Of a stretch of DNA of 64,000 nucleotides, positions 20,306-29,526 are shown piece after piece (positions within the stretch are counted from its first letter, which is position 1; the number at the start of each line of letters is the position of its first letter). Source of the stretch: Polyangiaceae bacterium (GTDB lineage Bacteria; Myxococcota_A; Polyangia; Polyangiales; Polyangiaceae); assembly GCA_033763455.1 (NCBI GenBank), contig JANRKO010000020.1, positions 32,001 to 96,000 of the forward strand, given 5' to 3'. The position numbers were made by a program, and so were the translations under genes. A model generated the notes under the pieces. That model was given only the letters and a program-made list of their open reading frames with translations. It made no database searches and was not told the origin of the DNA.

Positions 20306-20496
20306 CCGTCTGCCGCAAATTGCAGGAAATTGTCAACAACTCATGACACCATTCCAGAGCATTCGGCGCCTGCGTCACGAAATCACCAAGGTGTGATTCA
20401 TCACTTCTCGTACTCCCACCGAAGCCACCGCTCGCACACTCGCAGCCCGACCACGAGCTCACCGCAGGATGCCTTACGCGCAAGCTAAAAGCGACC

Positions 20497-21741
20497 GTGA
20501 TATCTGGCATGCTCACTCCCTCGCCCACTCTGGAACAACCGGCACGCCGTGATTCTATGTTGTTGTTAGGCGCACTCGTTTTCTTCCAAATGTTGCCAGC
20601 AACGCTGCTCGTACCAACGGCTCGGCCACTTTTCGCCCAAATTTACCATACAGGCGACAGCTACATTCACGCATTCATGTCGATCAATATGCTGGGTGGA
20701 TTCATTGCTGCGCCCTTCATTGGCTGGGCCACCGATCGCCTTGGATTTCGGCTACCAACCTTCGTGGCTCTCGGATTTCTGGACGCACTCATTCAGTTCC
20801 TGTTACCAACGGGCTTGCCGCTGCCGCTCTTGCTCGCGCTACGCACGCTCCAAGGTGCCACTCACGTGGGCGCAGCAACCTTGTTGTTAACCTGTGCAGC
20901 TTCTACGGCGCGCCGAACCGGCAACGCCAAAGTGATGGGGATCGCGGGCTCTGCGCTCATGTTGGCTGTGGCATTCGGCAGTTCCATCGGAGGGCTCTTG
21001 CTGAAAGCCGGGCTCTCTGTTCCCTTTTGGACCGGGTCAGGCCTCGCGGTGCTGGCGGCCGGGCTCGGGTTTCTGCTGCCTCAACAATGGTGGACCGAGA
21101 GCCGTCGAAGTGGGGTAACGTTTGCACTCCTCAGGAACGAACCGTCCTTGTGGGTCCCGGTGAGTTCGGCGTTTGTCGGGCGGTTCACGGTTGGTTGCAT
21201 TGTTGTAAGCTTCGCGCTTTATGCGCACCGAGCGTTCAACATCACCGATACTCAGGTAGGCCTGCTCTATTCTTTGCTCACGCTACCGTTTGCACTCTTG
21301 ATGTACCCTGCCGCTCGCTTGGGAGATCGCTTTCCGCGGGTGCACGTGCTCGTGGGAGGTGGGGCCGTGTACGCGTTTTCATTGGGGCTCCTAGGGCAAG
21401 TGGGCCCGCTGGCGTTGCCGGGAATCATGGTGTTGATCGGCACCTCGGGCGCCCTAGTGTTTGCATCTACGTTGTGCCTAGCTGCGGGCAATGTGAGCCC
21501 GGAAAGACGCGGCACATCTATGGCCCTCGTGAACTCCGCGGGTTGTTTGGGAATGCTCCTGGGTCCCGCCGTGGCGGGTGGGCTGTCAGTAGCGCTGAAA
21601 GCCCAGGGGTGGGATTCGGTAGAGGCTTACCGCGCCATTTTTGCTGTGGCTGCGCTGTCCTCTCTGCTGTGGCTGGTATCCGTCGCGGTTTGGGCGAAAC
21701 GTCAGCCAACGCGTCGCGAAATTTTCGCTTTTGACCGATGA
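20497..21741 (+). CDS. MFS transporter
   Basis: About 12 hydrophobic helices; motif A-like GWATDRLGFR and ARLGDRFPR. Confidence 0.9.
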   Translation: MISGMLTPSPTLEQPARRDSMLLLGALVFFQMLPATLLVPTARPLFAQIYHTGDSYIHAFMSINMLGGFIAAPFIGWATDRLGFRLPTFVALGFLDALIQFLLPTGLPLPLLLALRTLQGATHVGAATLLLTCAASTARRTGNAKVMGIAGSALMLAVAFGSSIGGLLLKAGLSVPFWTGSGLAVLAAGLGFLLPQQWWTESRRSGVTFALLRNEPSLWVPVSSAFVGRFTVGCIVVSFALYAHRAFNITDTQVGLLYSLLTLPFALLMYPAARLGDRFPRVHVLVGGGAVYAFSLGLLGQVGPLALPGIMVLIGTSGALVFASTLCLAAGNVSPERRGTSMALVNSAGCLGMLLGPAVAGGLSVALKAQGWDSVEAYRAIFAVAALSSLLWLVSVAVWAKRQPTRREIFAFDR

Positions 21742-21948
21742 AACCGCGAGGGAGCTATTTGAGCTCCGGAGTGCACCGATGCCAAAAATCTACCCATGAG
21801 CTAACGCAGCGGCAGCTTGCGTGCCAATCCTATCGTGTGGCACAAATGTGGGCGCCCAGTGTGGCAGAAATGCTGAATTCAGGAGTTCTAACCACCCTTC
21901 GCTAGATGGGGGTCAACAATATCAACTAGTTAAGGCGTGGCGGTTTGG

Positions 21949-21964
21949 CGGCACGAATTCTGCT
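21949..21964 (+). promoter_or_regulatory. Putative sigma54 promoter
   Basis: CGGCACGAATTCTGCT: GG-N10-GC. Confidence 0.5.
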
Positions 21965-21976
21965 CTATGCATATTC

Positions 21977-22504
21977 ATGATGTCAACCAACTCAGCCGAT
22001 GTTCCCCTCATTGCCCCGTCGTTCCTCAACGCCCACCGTTCCGCACCAGGCCTAAAGCCTCGCGGGCCGGCATCGCACAGGGCCTCACGGGGTAAGTCGA
22101 TAGCTGTGGTAGCTTCTATCCACGCCGAGTCCTTCGAGCTTGAATTTGGGGACAGGTACGTTCGAATCGCCCTACTCGGCTTGCAGACGTTGCGTTCTAT
22201 CGATGCGGTGTACTCGGCCCTGCTGGAATCTCACCACTATCGGGAGGGTCTCAACCTGATTTGGGACCTGCGCGAGGCCGAGCTATTCGGACTCTCCGAT
22301 TGGGACTGGGCCCTGCTCACTTCACGCTTAGCCCGCGCCCCAGTAGCGAAGCGCCGCGCTCGTATGGTGTGGGTGTTGCCTAGGCTTTGCGACGATGCAT
22401 TGGAGGGCAAAGTTCGCCGTCTGATGAGTAAGCTCAAAATGGTCGACTGGCGATTTGCCTCTGAGCTTGAGGGTGCTGTGAGCTGGGCGTCAACCGACGA
22501 ATAA
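21977..22504 (+). CDS. Hypothetical protein, STAS/SEC14 (SpoIIAA-like) fold suspected
   Basis: LNLIWDLREA, RMVWV and C-terminal FASELEGAVSWA fit this family's pattern. Start uncertain. Confidence 0.55.
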   Translation: MMSTNSADVPLIAPSFLNAHRSAPGLKPRGPASHRASRGKSIAVVASIHAESFELEFGDRYVRIALLGLQTLRSIDAVYSALLESHHYREGLNLIWDLREAELFGLSDWDWALLTSRLARAPVAKRRARMVWVLPRLCDDALEGKVRRLMSKLKMVDWRFASELEGAVSWASTDE

Positions 22505-22518
22505 CTCCTGGCGTTACA

Positions 22519-23874
22519 CTACGCTTTGACTTCTTCGTAGTGTTGCAGCTTGCGATACAGAGTGCGTCGATCGAATCCCAAGATCCGAGCCGCTTCCACT
22601 TTATTACCGCCAACGGCCTCCATCACGCGAAGGACATACCGCCGTTCGACCTCCTCCATGGGCACAAGCTCGGTCGGATCGAGCGCTGCCACCAATACGT
22701 CAGATGCTCTATATTCGGCGATTCGCTCAGGCAAATCGTCCGCTTGTATTTGCTCGGAGAGGGTTAGAACTACAGCGTGCTGGATGGCGTTCCGCAGCTC
22801 GCGCACGTTACCAGGCCACGGATAGGCTAGTAGGCGCCGTTCGGCATCGAGAGCGAAGCCAACGACGCGCTTGCTGCCCTGTTTGGAGAACTCCGCCGCA
22901 AATAGCTTTGCCAAAAGGAGGATATCCGTTCCACGCGCACGAAGCGGCGGCAACGTAACCTTCACTACATCCAGCCGGTAATAGAGGTCTTCGCGAAAGC
23001 GGCCTTCGGCCACTGCGCCAGCTAGATCTCGATTTGTCGCCGCCACCAATCGAAAGTCCACCGCCGTTTCCCCCGAGCCGCCGACGGCGCGGATCTTCCG
23101 CTCTTCCAGAGCTCGTAAAAGCTTGGGCTGGAGCCCAAGCGGCAGCTCACCGATTTCGTCTAGGAAGAGGGTTCCTCCGCTGGCTTGAACGAACAATCCT
23201 TCGCGGTCCGAGCGTGCATCTGTGAAGGCTCCCTTCTTGTGGCCGAACAGCTCACTTTCAAGCAACGCTTCGGGCAACGCCGAGCAATTCACGGCGATGA
23301 AGGGTCCCCGGCTCCGCGCTCCGGCGTCGTGCACGAAACGCGCGGCCAACTCCTTGCCGGTTCCACTCTCCCCTGTGACAAGGACGCTCGCTTCTGTTGG
23401 TGCCACGCGAACAAGCTTGTCTTTCATCGCCCGCATTGGAGTCGATTCACCCACAATGCCGTCGAACTCCCCACCACGGGTGATGACACGCTGCAGCCGA
23501 AGTACCTCTTTTTTGCTCTCACTTTCAGAAATCACACGCTGCAGCCGTAGAAGAGCTCCAGCCGGGGTAAAAGGTTTGCTCAAAAAGTCATCCGCACCTG
23601 CCTGAATCGCTTGAAACGCGGTTTCGAGGCTGTTCGCGGAGGTCATCACCACTATTGGCAGATGCGGCTGCTTCTGCCGTAGCCGTCGACAGAACTCCAA
23701 GCCGTTCATCTGCGGCATGAGCACGTCCGTCAACACTGCTGCCACCTGGCTGTCCTCAAGACGGCCAAGTGCAGCCTCGGCGTCGGTGAACACCTCCACC
23801 TCAAAGTGAGCTTTGAAGGTAAGCCTGAGGAGCTCTCCCAAGTCGCTGTCGTCGTCGACAATGAACACGCGCAT
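22519..23874 (-). CDS. Sigma54-dependent response regulator (REC-AAA+-Fis HTH), NtrC family
   Basis: TDVLMP REC, Walker [67 protein letters not shown] before ATG 23874. Confidence 0.95.
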   Translation of the reverse strand: MRVFIVDDDSDLGELLRLTFKAHFEVEVFTDAEAALGRLEDSQVAAVLTDVLMPQMNGLEFCRRLRQKQPHLPIVVMTSANSLETAFQAIQAGADDFLSKPFTPAGALLRLQRVISESESKKEVLRLQRVITRGGEFDGIVGESTPMRAMKDKLVRVAPTEASVLVTGESGTGKELAARFVHDAGARSRGPFIAVNCSALPEALLESELFGHKKGAFTDARSDREGLFVQASGGTLFLDEIGELPLGLQPKLLRALEERKIRAVGGSGETAVDFRLVAATNRDLAGAVAEGRFREDLYYRLDVVKVTLPPLRARGTDILLLAKLFAAEFSKQGSKRVVGFALDAERRLLAYPWPGNVRELRNAIQHAVVLTLSEQIQADDLPERIAEYRASDVLVAALDPTELVPMEEVERRYVLRVMEAVGGNKVEAARILGFDRRTLYRKLQHYEEVKA

Positions 23875-24074
23875 ATCAGTCTTCTCCTTCATTACGGCAA
23901 CCAGTGCGTGAACAGAAGGCGTGAAACCCGAGCGGCGGGCCGGCAGTCCGGTGACCCTCCCGCCAAAGACCTGACACCTCTCCCGGAAGCGCGCACCGGA
24001 AACCTGTAGTGCCACGAACGCGCGAGCAGCTTAAATTAGGCATATTCCCGCTAAAGCTAGCTCTCGGCGCGTGC

Positions 24075-24090
24075 TGGCACCCGGCTTGCA
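24075..24090 (+). promoter_or_regulatory. Sigma54 promoter, consensus match
   Basis: TGGCACCCGGCTTGCA = TGGCAC-N5-TTGCA, oriented toward flagellin. Confidence 0.7.
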
Positions 24091-24402
24091 CAGCAGCCTA
24101 CCGAGTGACTTCTCTTGTACGCCCGCCAACGCCAAAAAAGAGCCGCGTAGTGCCGTGCCTTTGCTTCAGACACGACCCGAACGTGCACCCAATATTTCTT
24201 ACTCTCCCGCGAAACTCTCGATTAACTGACTCACCTGCACTCCTAACGTTAGCCTGTGATTCCAGCAAGGCTCGGCTCCCAAGGATGTCAACTCGCTGAC
24301 GAAACGCCGCCAGCAGAGTGACCGACTGGCCCCTTTTTGACCGACGAAGCCTCAATCAACCCCACCCAAACTCTCGAATAACCTGAGCACAAGGAAAACA
24401 TC

Positions 24403-25230
24403 ATGCCCCTATTCGTCCAGACGAACTTTGCCGCTCTTGCAGCGCAAAAGAACCTCAACATCAACCAAGGTCAGCTAAACGGTAGCTTCCAGAAACTATC
24501 GAGCGGCTACCGTATCAACTCCGCCGCCGATGACGCCGCGGGCCTTGCCATCAGCGAAGCCATGAAGTCGGACATTCGTTCCTACTCCGTGGCTGAACGA
24601 AACGCGATGGACGGTATCTCCATGGCACAAACGGCTGAAGGCGCCCTGGGTGAGATCCACCAAATTGTCGCTCGCATGCGCGAACTCGCGGTGCAATCTT
24701 CGAACGGCTCGATGAGCTCGCAAGATCGCGGGTTTCTTCAGACGGAGTTCGGTGAGCTTCAGGCTGAAATCGTGCGTATTCAGGGCGCAGCACAGTTCAA
24801 CGGTCAGGCGCTTCTCAACACCGCAGCTACAACCATCGACTTTCAGGTGGGCATCGGCACTACCGCGAGCGACCAGGTTTCCGTGACCTTCGGTGCCGTA
24901 GATCTGACCGCCATCACTGCTGGTATTTCTGTCACGGGCGTGGATGAAACCAACTCTTGGGCAGCCATCAATGCGCTCGACACCTCGATGGACGACATCT
25001 CCACCGCGCGCGCCCGTTTTGGTGCCGTAATGAACAGGCTTGAGGTTTCAGCGGCCACTGTGGCTACCATGCGCGTCAACACCTCCGCTGCCAACTCCCG
25101 CATTCGTGACGTCGACGTCGCAGCAGAAACGGCTTTCCTGAGCCGTAACCAGGTGCTCACTCAAACTGGCATTGCCGTCTTGGCCCAGGCCAACCAGCTT
25201 CCCCAATCCGTACTCCAGTTGCTTCGCTAA
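24403..25230 (+). CDS. fliC: Flagellin (short, 275 aa, essentially D0/D1 only)
   Basis: KLSSGYRINSAADDAAGLAIS, NAMDGISMAQTAEGAL, RMRELAVQS, RARFGAVMNRL, SRIRDVDVAAET, LAQANQLPQSVLQLL; AAGGA RBS. Confidence 0.97.
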   Translation: MPLFVQTNFAALAAQKNLNINQGQLNGSFQKLSSGYRINSAADDAAGLAISEAMKSDIRSYSVAERNAMDGISMAQTAEGALGEIHQIVARMRELAVQSSNGSMSSQDRGFLQTEFGELQAEIVRIQGAAQFNGQALLNTAATTIDFQVGIGTTASDQVSVTFGAVDLTAITAGISVTGVDETNSWAAINALDTSMDDISTARARFGAVMNRLEVSAATVATMRVNTSAANSRIRDVDVAAETAFLSRNQVLTQTGIAVLAQANQLPQSVLQLLR

Positions 25231-25259
25231 GCCCGCCTTTTGGCAACGTAAAGCGGGCT
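25230..25259 (+). terminator. Stem-loop after flagellin
   Basis: AGCCCGC(C)TTT...AAAGCGGGCT inverted repeat immediately after the stop codon. Confidence 0.55.
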
Positions 25260-25457
25260 GGCGCTTGGTCGCAGCTTAGATAACCGCGCCAACCCTGCGC
25301 GCATGCGCACAGGCTCACGGGTCGGACATTCTCTGACGTGATAGAAGCGGCTAGCGGCGTCCTTGAAATCGTGATTTCCTGGCGGTTCGGCGATGGGCCG
25401 CTCCCAGCAGGATCGCGCCCGCAACCCACCCACTAAGTAACAGGATGAGGCACGAGC

Positions 25458-25922
25458 ATGACCGCTGACGCTAAGCAGTGGCTTGAAGCAACCATAGCCA
25501 CCATGCGCGATTGCGCTGGGATGTTTGAGGCTGAGGGAGTCGAGGTGCTCGAGGTCTCGGGAGCACTCCCGGCCCACACCGGTGGCGCCTATATCTCCGT
25601 AGTTGGTAGCCAGCAGTCCGCGGAGCTCGGAGTTGTTTGCTCGCCAGATGCGCAACAGGCCCTTGGCCAAAAGTTCCTGGGTGCCGATGCCCCTCTTGCT
25701 CCCGACGAAGTCGCGGATTCGATGCGCGAGATGGCCAACATCGTTGCTGGGGGTCTGAAAACCATGATGGTCCAATACGATCCTACCCTCGCCTTGGGGC
25801 TGCCGATGTTTGTGGACGGAGTTCACCTCGGGTCGAACACGCACACGCACGTCGCGAAGGTGTCGCTCGCAGGCCAAGAAGTTTACTTGATCGTGATCCT
25901 GCGGTCCTCTCACGCCCGCTGA
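25458..25922 (+). CDS. cheX: CheX-family phosphatase (paralog of 35935-36402)
   Basis: EVADSMREMANIVAGGLK...LALGLPMFV. Confidence 0.85.
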   Translation: MTADAKQWLEATIATMRDCAGMFEAEGVEVLEVSGALPAHTGGAYISVVGSQQSAELGVVCSPDAQQALGQKFLGADAPLAPDEVADSMREMANIVAGGLKTMMVQYDPTLALGLPMFVDGVHLGSNTHTHVAKVSLAGQEVYLIVILRSSHAR

Positions 25923-26602
25923 CGCGAGGGCTGGGCCCATTTCAGCTGGCTTTGCCCACTTGACCGGACGGACTGGCGTCGAGTTCGGCAACCGTTCAAC
26001 AGCGCTGCGCTTCGAAGGGGGTCAGCGTCTGGGTAATACCGGCGTTTGCCTGGTCTGCCTGCTCCCCACTGATTTTTGCTAGCCAGCTTGCATCCTCGAC
26101 GCGCACGCTGGGTATAGAGAGGGTGGCCAACGCACGTTCGGGGCATTCGCGTCTTTCTGACTTGCCCGACCGCTCCCACCTCCGTCCTGACCCTCGTTCG
26201 CCGGCCGCCGGGAACGTCTTAGGCCAGTTCCAGCAGAAGCCCACTAGCGTTGACGCCTGAGCAACACCCTCCTCATTGAGAATGATGCTTGACCGAGTCC
26301 CTCACTGGGCAAGAGCGCGCGCCCGCGCCCGACGCCGCACGCCAGGACACTGAGAACCTGCAACTGCGTCGCTTTGTCCGAAACCTGCAGTTGCGCCTAG
26401 GCGAACTGAACCCGTCGCGCACAACGCAACGAGATGGCAAAAAAGCTACCAAAACCTAGGCCACAAAGGCTCAACAACAATCAATCAACAACCTTCGCTC
26501 CCTCCACAGGCGCAAGCTCCCGCAGCGTCATCACCAGATACCATGACACGCATCATCTGGTTCCGTGCATAGATTTCTCAAAAAAAAAAGGCCCACGCGC
26601 CT

Positions 26603-26629
26603 TAAATCGCTATCTTCGCCAACCGTTCC
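26603..26629 (+). promoter_or_regulatory. Putative sigma28-like promoter of the second che operon
   Basis: TAAA-N15-ACCGTTCC, 77 bp upstream of cheA. Confidence 0.55.
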
Positions 26630-26705
26630 ACTCAGCTCGAACAGAGGGAAATAAGGCATATCGCGATTCCCGTGACCCACGTTCACTACTTTCAGGTAAG
26701 CGCCC

Positions 26706-29045
26706 ATGACGGAACTTGATGACGTCGTTAAAGAATTCTTGGTTGAAAGCCATGAGAACCTGAGTGCGCTGGAGCAGGATCTGGTTCGGCTGGAGCAAAC
26801 CCCAGACGACTCAAAGGAAGCCCTCGCTCGGATATTCCGCACGGTGCACACAGTCAAAGGCACCTGCGGGTTTCTAGGATTCTCCAAACTTGAGAGCGTC
26901 ACCCACGTCGGCGAGAACCTGTTGAGCAAGCTGCGTGACGGCGTTCTCCACGTTACAGGGGACATAACCTCCGCACTTTTGGCCTTAGTGGACGCCATCC
27001 GGGAGATGCTAACCTCGGTCGAAACGACCGGAGAGGAGGGCCCGGGGGACTACAGTGCTCTCATCGCCGAGCTCACCCGCCTGCTTGAACCCAAGCAGGC
27101 TCCCCCAAAACCACAACTTCGAGCCGCTGATGCATCCGTTGAGGTGGAGCGAGCGGAAGCCCCAGTGGCTCCCATCGGGGAGCTCTTGGTCCAAGCGGGC
27201 CGCGTGACCCGCGAAGAGGTCAAAGAGGTGCTTGAGCTCCAGCAGGCGGGCGACCCCCGGCACGTAGGCGAAATCTTAGTGGAGCAAGGCAGAATTGTTC
27301 CCGAAGACGTGGTGGACGCGCTCAACGTCCAGAAGAAGGCCAAGCCGCAAACGGGAGGCCTTGCCGACACAACTATTCGCGTCGAAGTGAGCCAACTGGA
27401 TAAGCTCATGAACCTCGTGGGCGAGCTTGTTTTGGCTCGAAATCAGATCCTACAGTTCATCGGCCCGGACACCGACGCAGTACTGCAAACCACCACTCAG
27501 CGACTGAACCTCGTTACCACTGAGCTGCAGGAAGGCGTGATGAAGACGCGCATGCAGCCCATCGATACCGTGTGGTCCAAGTTCCCAAGAGTGATTCGGG
27601 ACTTAGCGCGTTCCTGCAGGAAGCGTGTACGCGTTGAGATGGAAGGGCGAGATACCGAGCTCGATAAGACGATTATCGAGGCGATCAAAGATCCACTCAC
27701 ACACATCGTTCGCAATGCGGTCGACCACGGCGTGGAATCTCCCGAAGAGCGAGAAGCAGCAGGAAAGCCACCGGAAGGCTTCTTAAGGCTCCAAGCATTT
27801 CATGAAGGCGGACACGTAAACATAGAGATATCGGACGATGGTGGCGGCATCGATCCGGAGAAACTAAAGCGCAAAGCGCAGGAAAAAGGCCTGGTATCAG
27901 CCGCTGCTTTGGCACGCATGTCCGAGCGTGAGCTTCTTTCATTAATTTTCATGCCCGGCTTTTCGACGGCCAAGGAAGTCACCAACGTCTCCGGCCGCGG
28001 AGTGGGCATGGATGTGGTGAAGACCAACATCGAACGCATTGGCGGTACCGTGGATATTAGTAGCCGCATCGGTGCCGGAACAACCATCCATATCAAGATC
28101 CCCCTCACCTTAGCGATCATTCCCGCACTTGTGGTGGCTTCCGGTCACGAGCGTTTTGCGATTCCGCAGGTGAGCCTTTTGGAGCTCGTGCGCATGGATC
28201 TGGAAAAGCCCAACGGGGGCATTGAAGACGTGAGCGGTGTGCCCGTGTATCGATTGCGCGGGAACCTGCTTCCAATAGTTGACCTTGGCTTCGAGCTTTT
28301 CGGAAAGAAGTCCAACATCGGCGAAAATGGCGTAGCCACCATTGTTGTTCTGCAAGCCGATGAGCGGCAGTTTGGGCTTTTGGTCGAAGAGATCCACGAC
28401 ACCGAGGAAATCGTCGTAAAACCTCTAGGCAAGCAGCTCAAGAATCTCTCCGCATTCTCAGGTGCGACCATCATGGGAGACGGCCGCGTAGCCCTAATCT
28501 TAGACGTTTTGGGGCTGGCTCAAATGGCGCGTGTCGTGGGTACAACGCGAGATCGTTCGCTCGGCGATCGTGGCAAACATGCGCAAGAGTCAGCCGAGAA
28601 GCCGGAATCGTTGCTGCTGGTACGTGTGGGTACACGCCAGACTCTGGCTATCCCGCTCAGGCTCGTGGCACGCCTCGAAGAAGTTGCGTTAGATTCGGTC
28701 GAAAGGGCTGGTGCCAGCAACGTCGTTCAGTATCGCGGGCAGATCATGCCCCTCATCCACCTGAGCGAGGTTGTTTCTGAGATTGTAGAAGCGGATCTGG
28801 TTGCGCCCGAAGTATTGTCCGTAGTGGTATTCGATCACCTGGGGCAAAGCGTGGGCCTCGTGGTTTCGGCCATCGTAGATATCGTGGATGAGGCCGTAAA
28901 GCGCCACTCAACCGCCAAACGCCCAGGAATTTTGGGCTCCGGCGTGGTGCAAGGGCAGGTTGTTGAGTTGGTTGATCTTCCTGGGTTGATGCAGCGCGTA
29001 TTGCCCCGCGCCGTTTCGGACGCCCCCGCCGCACTCGTAGCTTGA
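26706..29045 (+). CDS. cheA: CheA with MshEN-like insert at the P2 position and two C-terminal CheW-like domains
   Basis: FRTVHTVKGTCGF, IRVEVSQLDKLMNLVGELVL, RNAVDHG, SGRGVGMDVV, P5 plus an extra CheW domain (AIPLRLVARLEE..VQYRGQIMPL). Confidence 0.95.
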   Translation: MTELDDVVKEFLVESHENLSALEQDLVRLEQTPDDSKEALARIFRTVHTVKGTCGFLGFSKLESVTHVGENLLSKLRDGVLHVTGDITSALLALVDAIREMLTSVETTGEEGPGDYSALIAELTRLLEPKQAPPKPQLRAADASVEVERAEAPVAPIGELLVQAGRVTREEVKEVLELQQAGDPRHVGEILVEQGRIVPEDVVDALNVQKKAKPQTGGLADTTIRVEVSQLDKLMNLVGELVLARNQILQFIGPDTDAVLQTTTQRLNLVTTELQEGVMKTRMQPIDTVWSKFPRVIRDLARSCRKRVRVEMEGRDTELDKTIIEAIKDPLTHIVRNAVDHGVESPEEREAAGKPPEGFLRLQAFHEGGHVNIEISDDGGGIDPEKLKRKAQEKGLVSAAALARMSERELLSLIFMPGFSTAKEVTNVSGRGVGMDVVKTNIERIGGTVDISSRIGAGTTIHIKIPLTLAIIPALVVASGHERFAIPQVSLLELVRMDLEKPNGGIEDVSGVPVYRLRGNLLPIVDLGFELFGKKSNIGENGVATIVVLQADERQFGLLVEEIHDTEEIVVKPLGKQLKNLSAFSGATIMGDGRVALILDVLGLAQMARVVGTTRDRSLGDRGKHAQESAEKPESLLLVRVGTRQTLAIPLRLVARLEEVALDSVERAGASNVVQYRGQIMPLIHLSEVVSEIVEADLVAPEVLSVVVFDHLGQSVGLVVSAIVDIVDEAVKRHSTAKRPGILGSGVVQGQVVELVDLPGLMQRVLPRAVSDAPAALVA

Positions 29046-29057
29046 AAAGGGAACTCT

Positions 29058-29507
29058 ATGCTGACTGAGAACCAATACTGCACGTTCACATTGGGCCCAT
29101 TCATGTTCGGAGTCGGTGTGCGTGAGGTGCAAGAGGTCATTCGCTACCAAGAGATGACACGTGTGCCCTTGGCCCCACGCACGGTGGGAGGCCTTATCAA
29201 TCTACGCGGGCAGATAGTGGTAGCCGTAGATTTGCGCGAGCGATTGGGCTTACCCGCGCGCGATTCAACGGTGCTTCCTATGAATGTGGTCGTGTGCTCT
29301 GACGACGGTGCCGTGAGCCTTTTGGTCGACGAAATCGGCGACGTTATCGAGGTCAGCCCGTCCGAATTTGAAGCCGCACCCGACACACTTACGGGAACAG
29401 CTCGAGATCTAATAACCGGCGTCTACAAACTTGAGGGAAAGCTCCTGCTCGTTCTCGACGTCAACAAGACCGCCACCACTGAACTTGAAATCGCAAAAGT
29501 TGCCTAG
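29058..29507 (+). CDS. cheW: Chemotaxis coupling protein CheW
   Basis: [32 protein letters not shown]. Confidence 0.95.
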   Translation: MLTENQYCTFTLGPFMFGVGVREVQEVIRYQEMTRVPLAPRTVGGLINLRGQIVVAVDLRERLGLPARDSTVLPMNVVVCSDDGAVSLLVDEIGDVIEVSPSEFEAAPDTLTGTARDLITGVYKLEGKLLLVLDVNKTATTELEIAKVA

Positions 29508-29526
29508 ATTTTTGAGGGAAATATTC

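Noticed and set aside
24352..24381. Sigma28 promoter for flagellin (TCAA...CTCGAATA)
   Set aside because: The spacer is 13 or 17 bp and the -10 match is poor.
24100..24402. c-di-GMP riboswitch in the flagellin leader
   Set aside because: GAAA-containing hairpin candidates exist, but I could not match the class I or II consensus. An Infernal scan is needed.
29431..29526. N-terminal extension of the giant MCP in the ORF track
   Set aside because: It overlaps cheW out of frame; the RBS supports ATG 29527.
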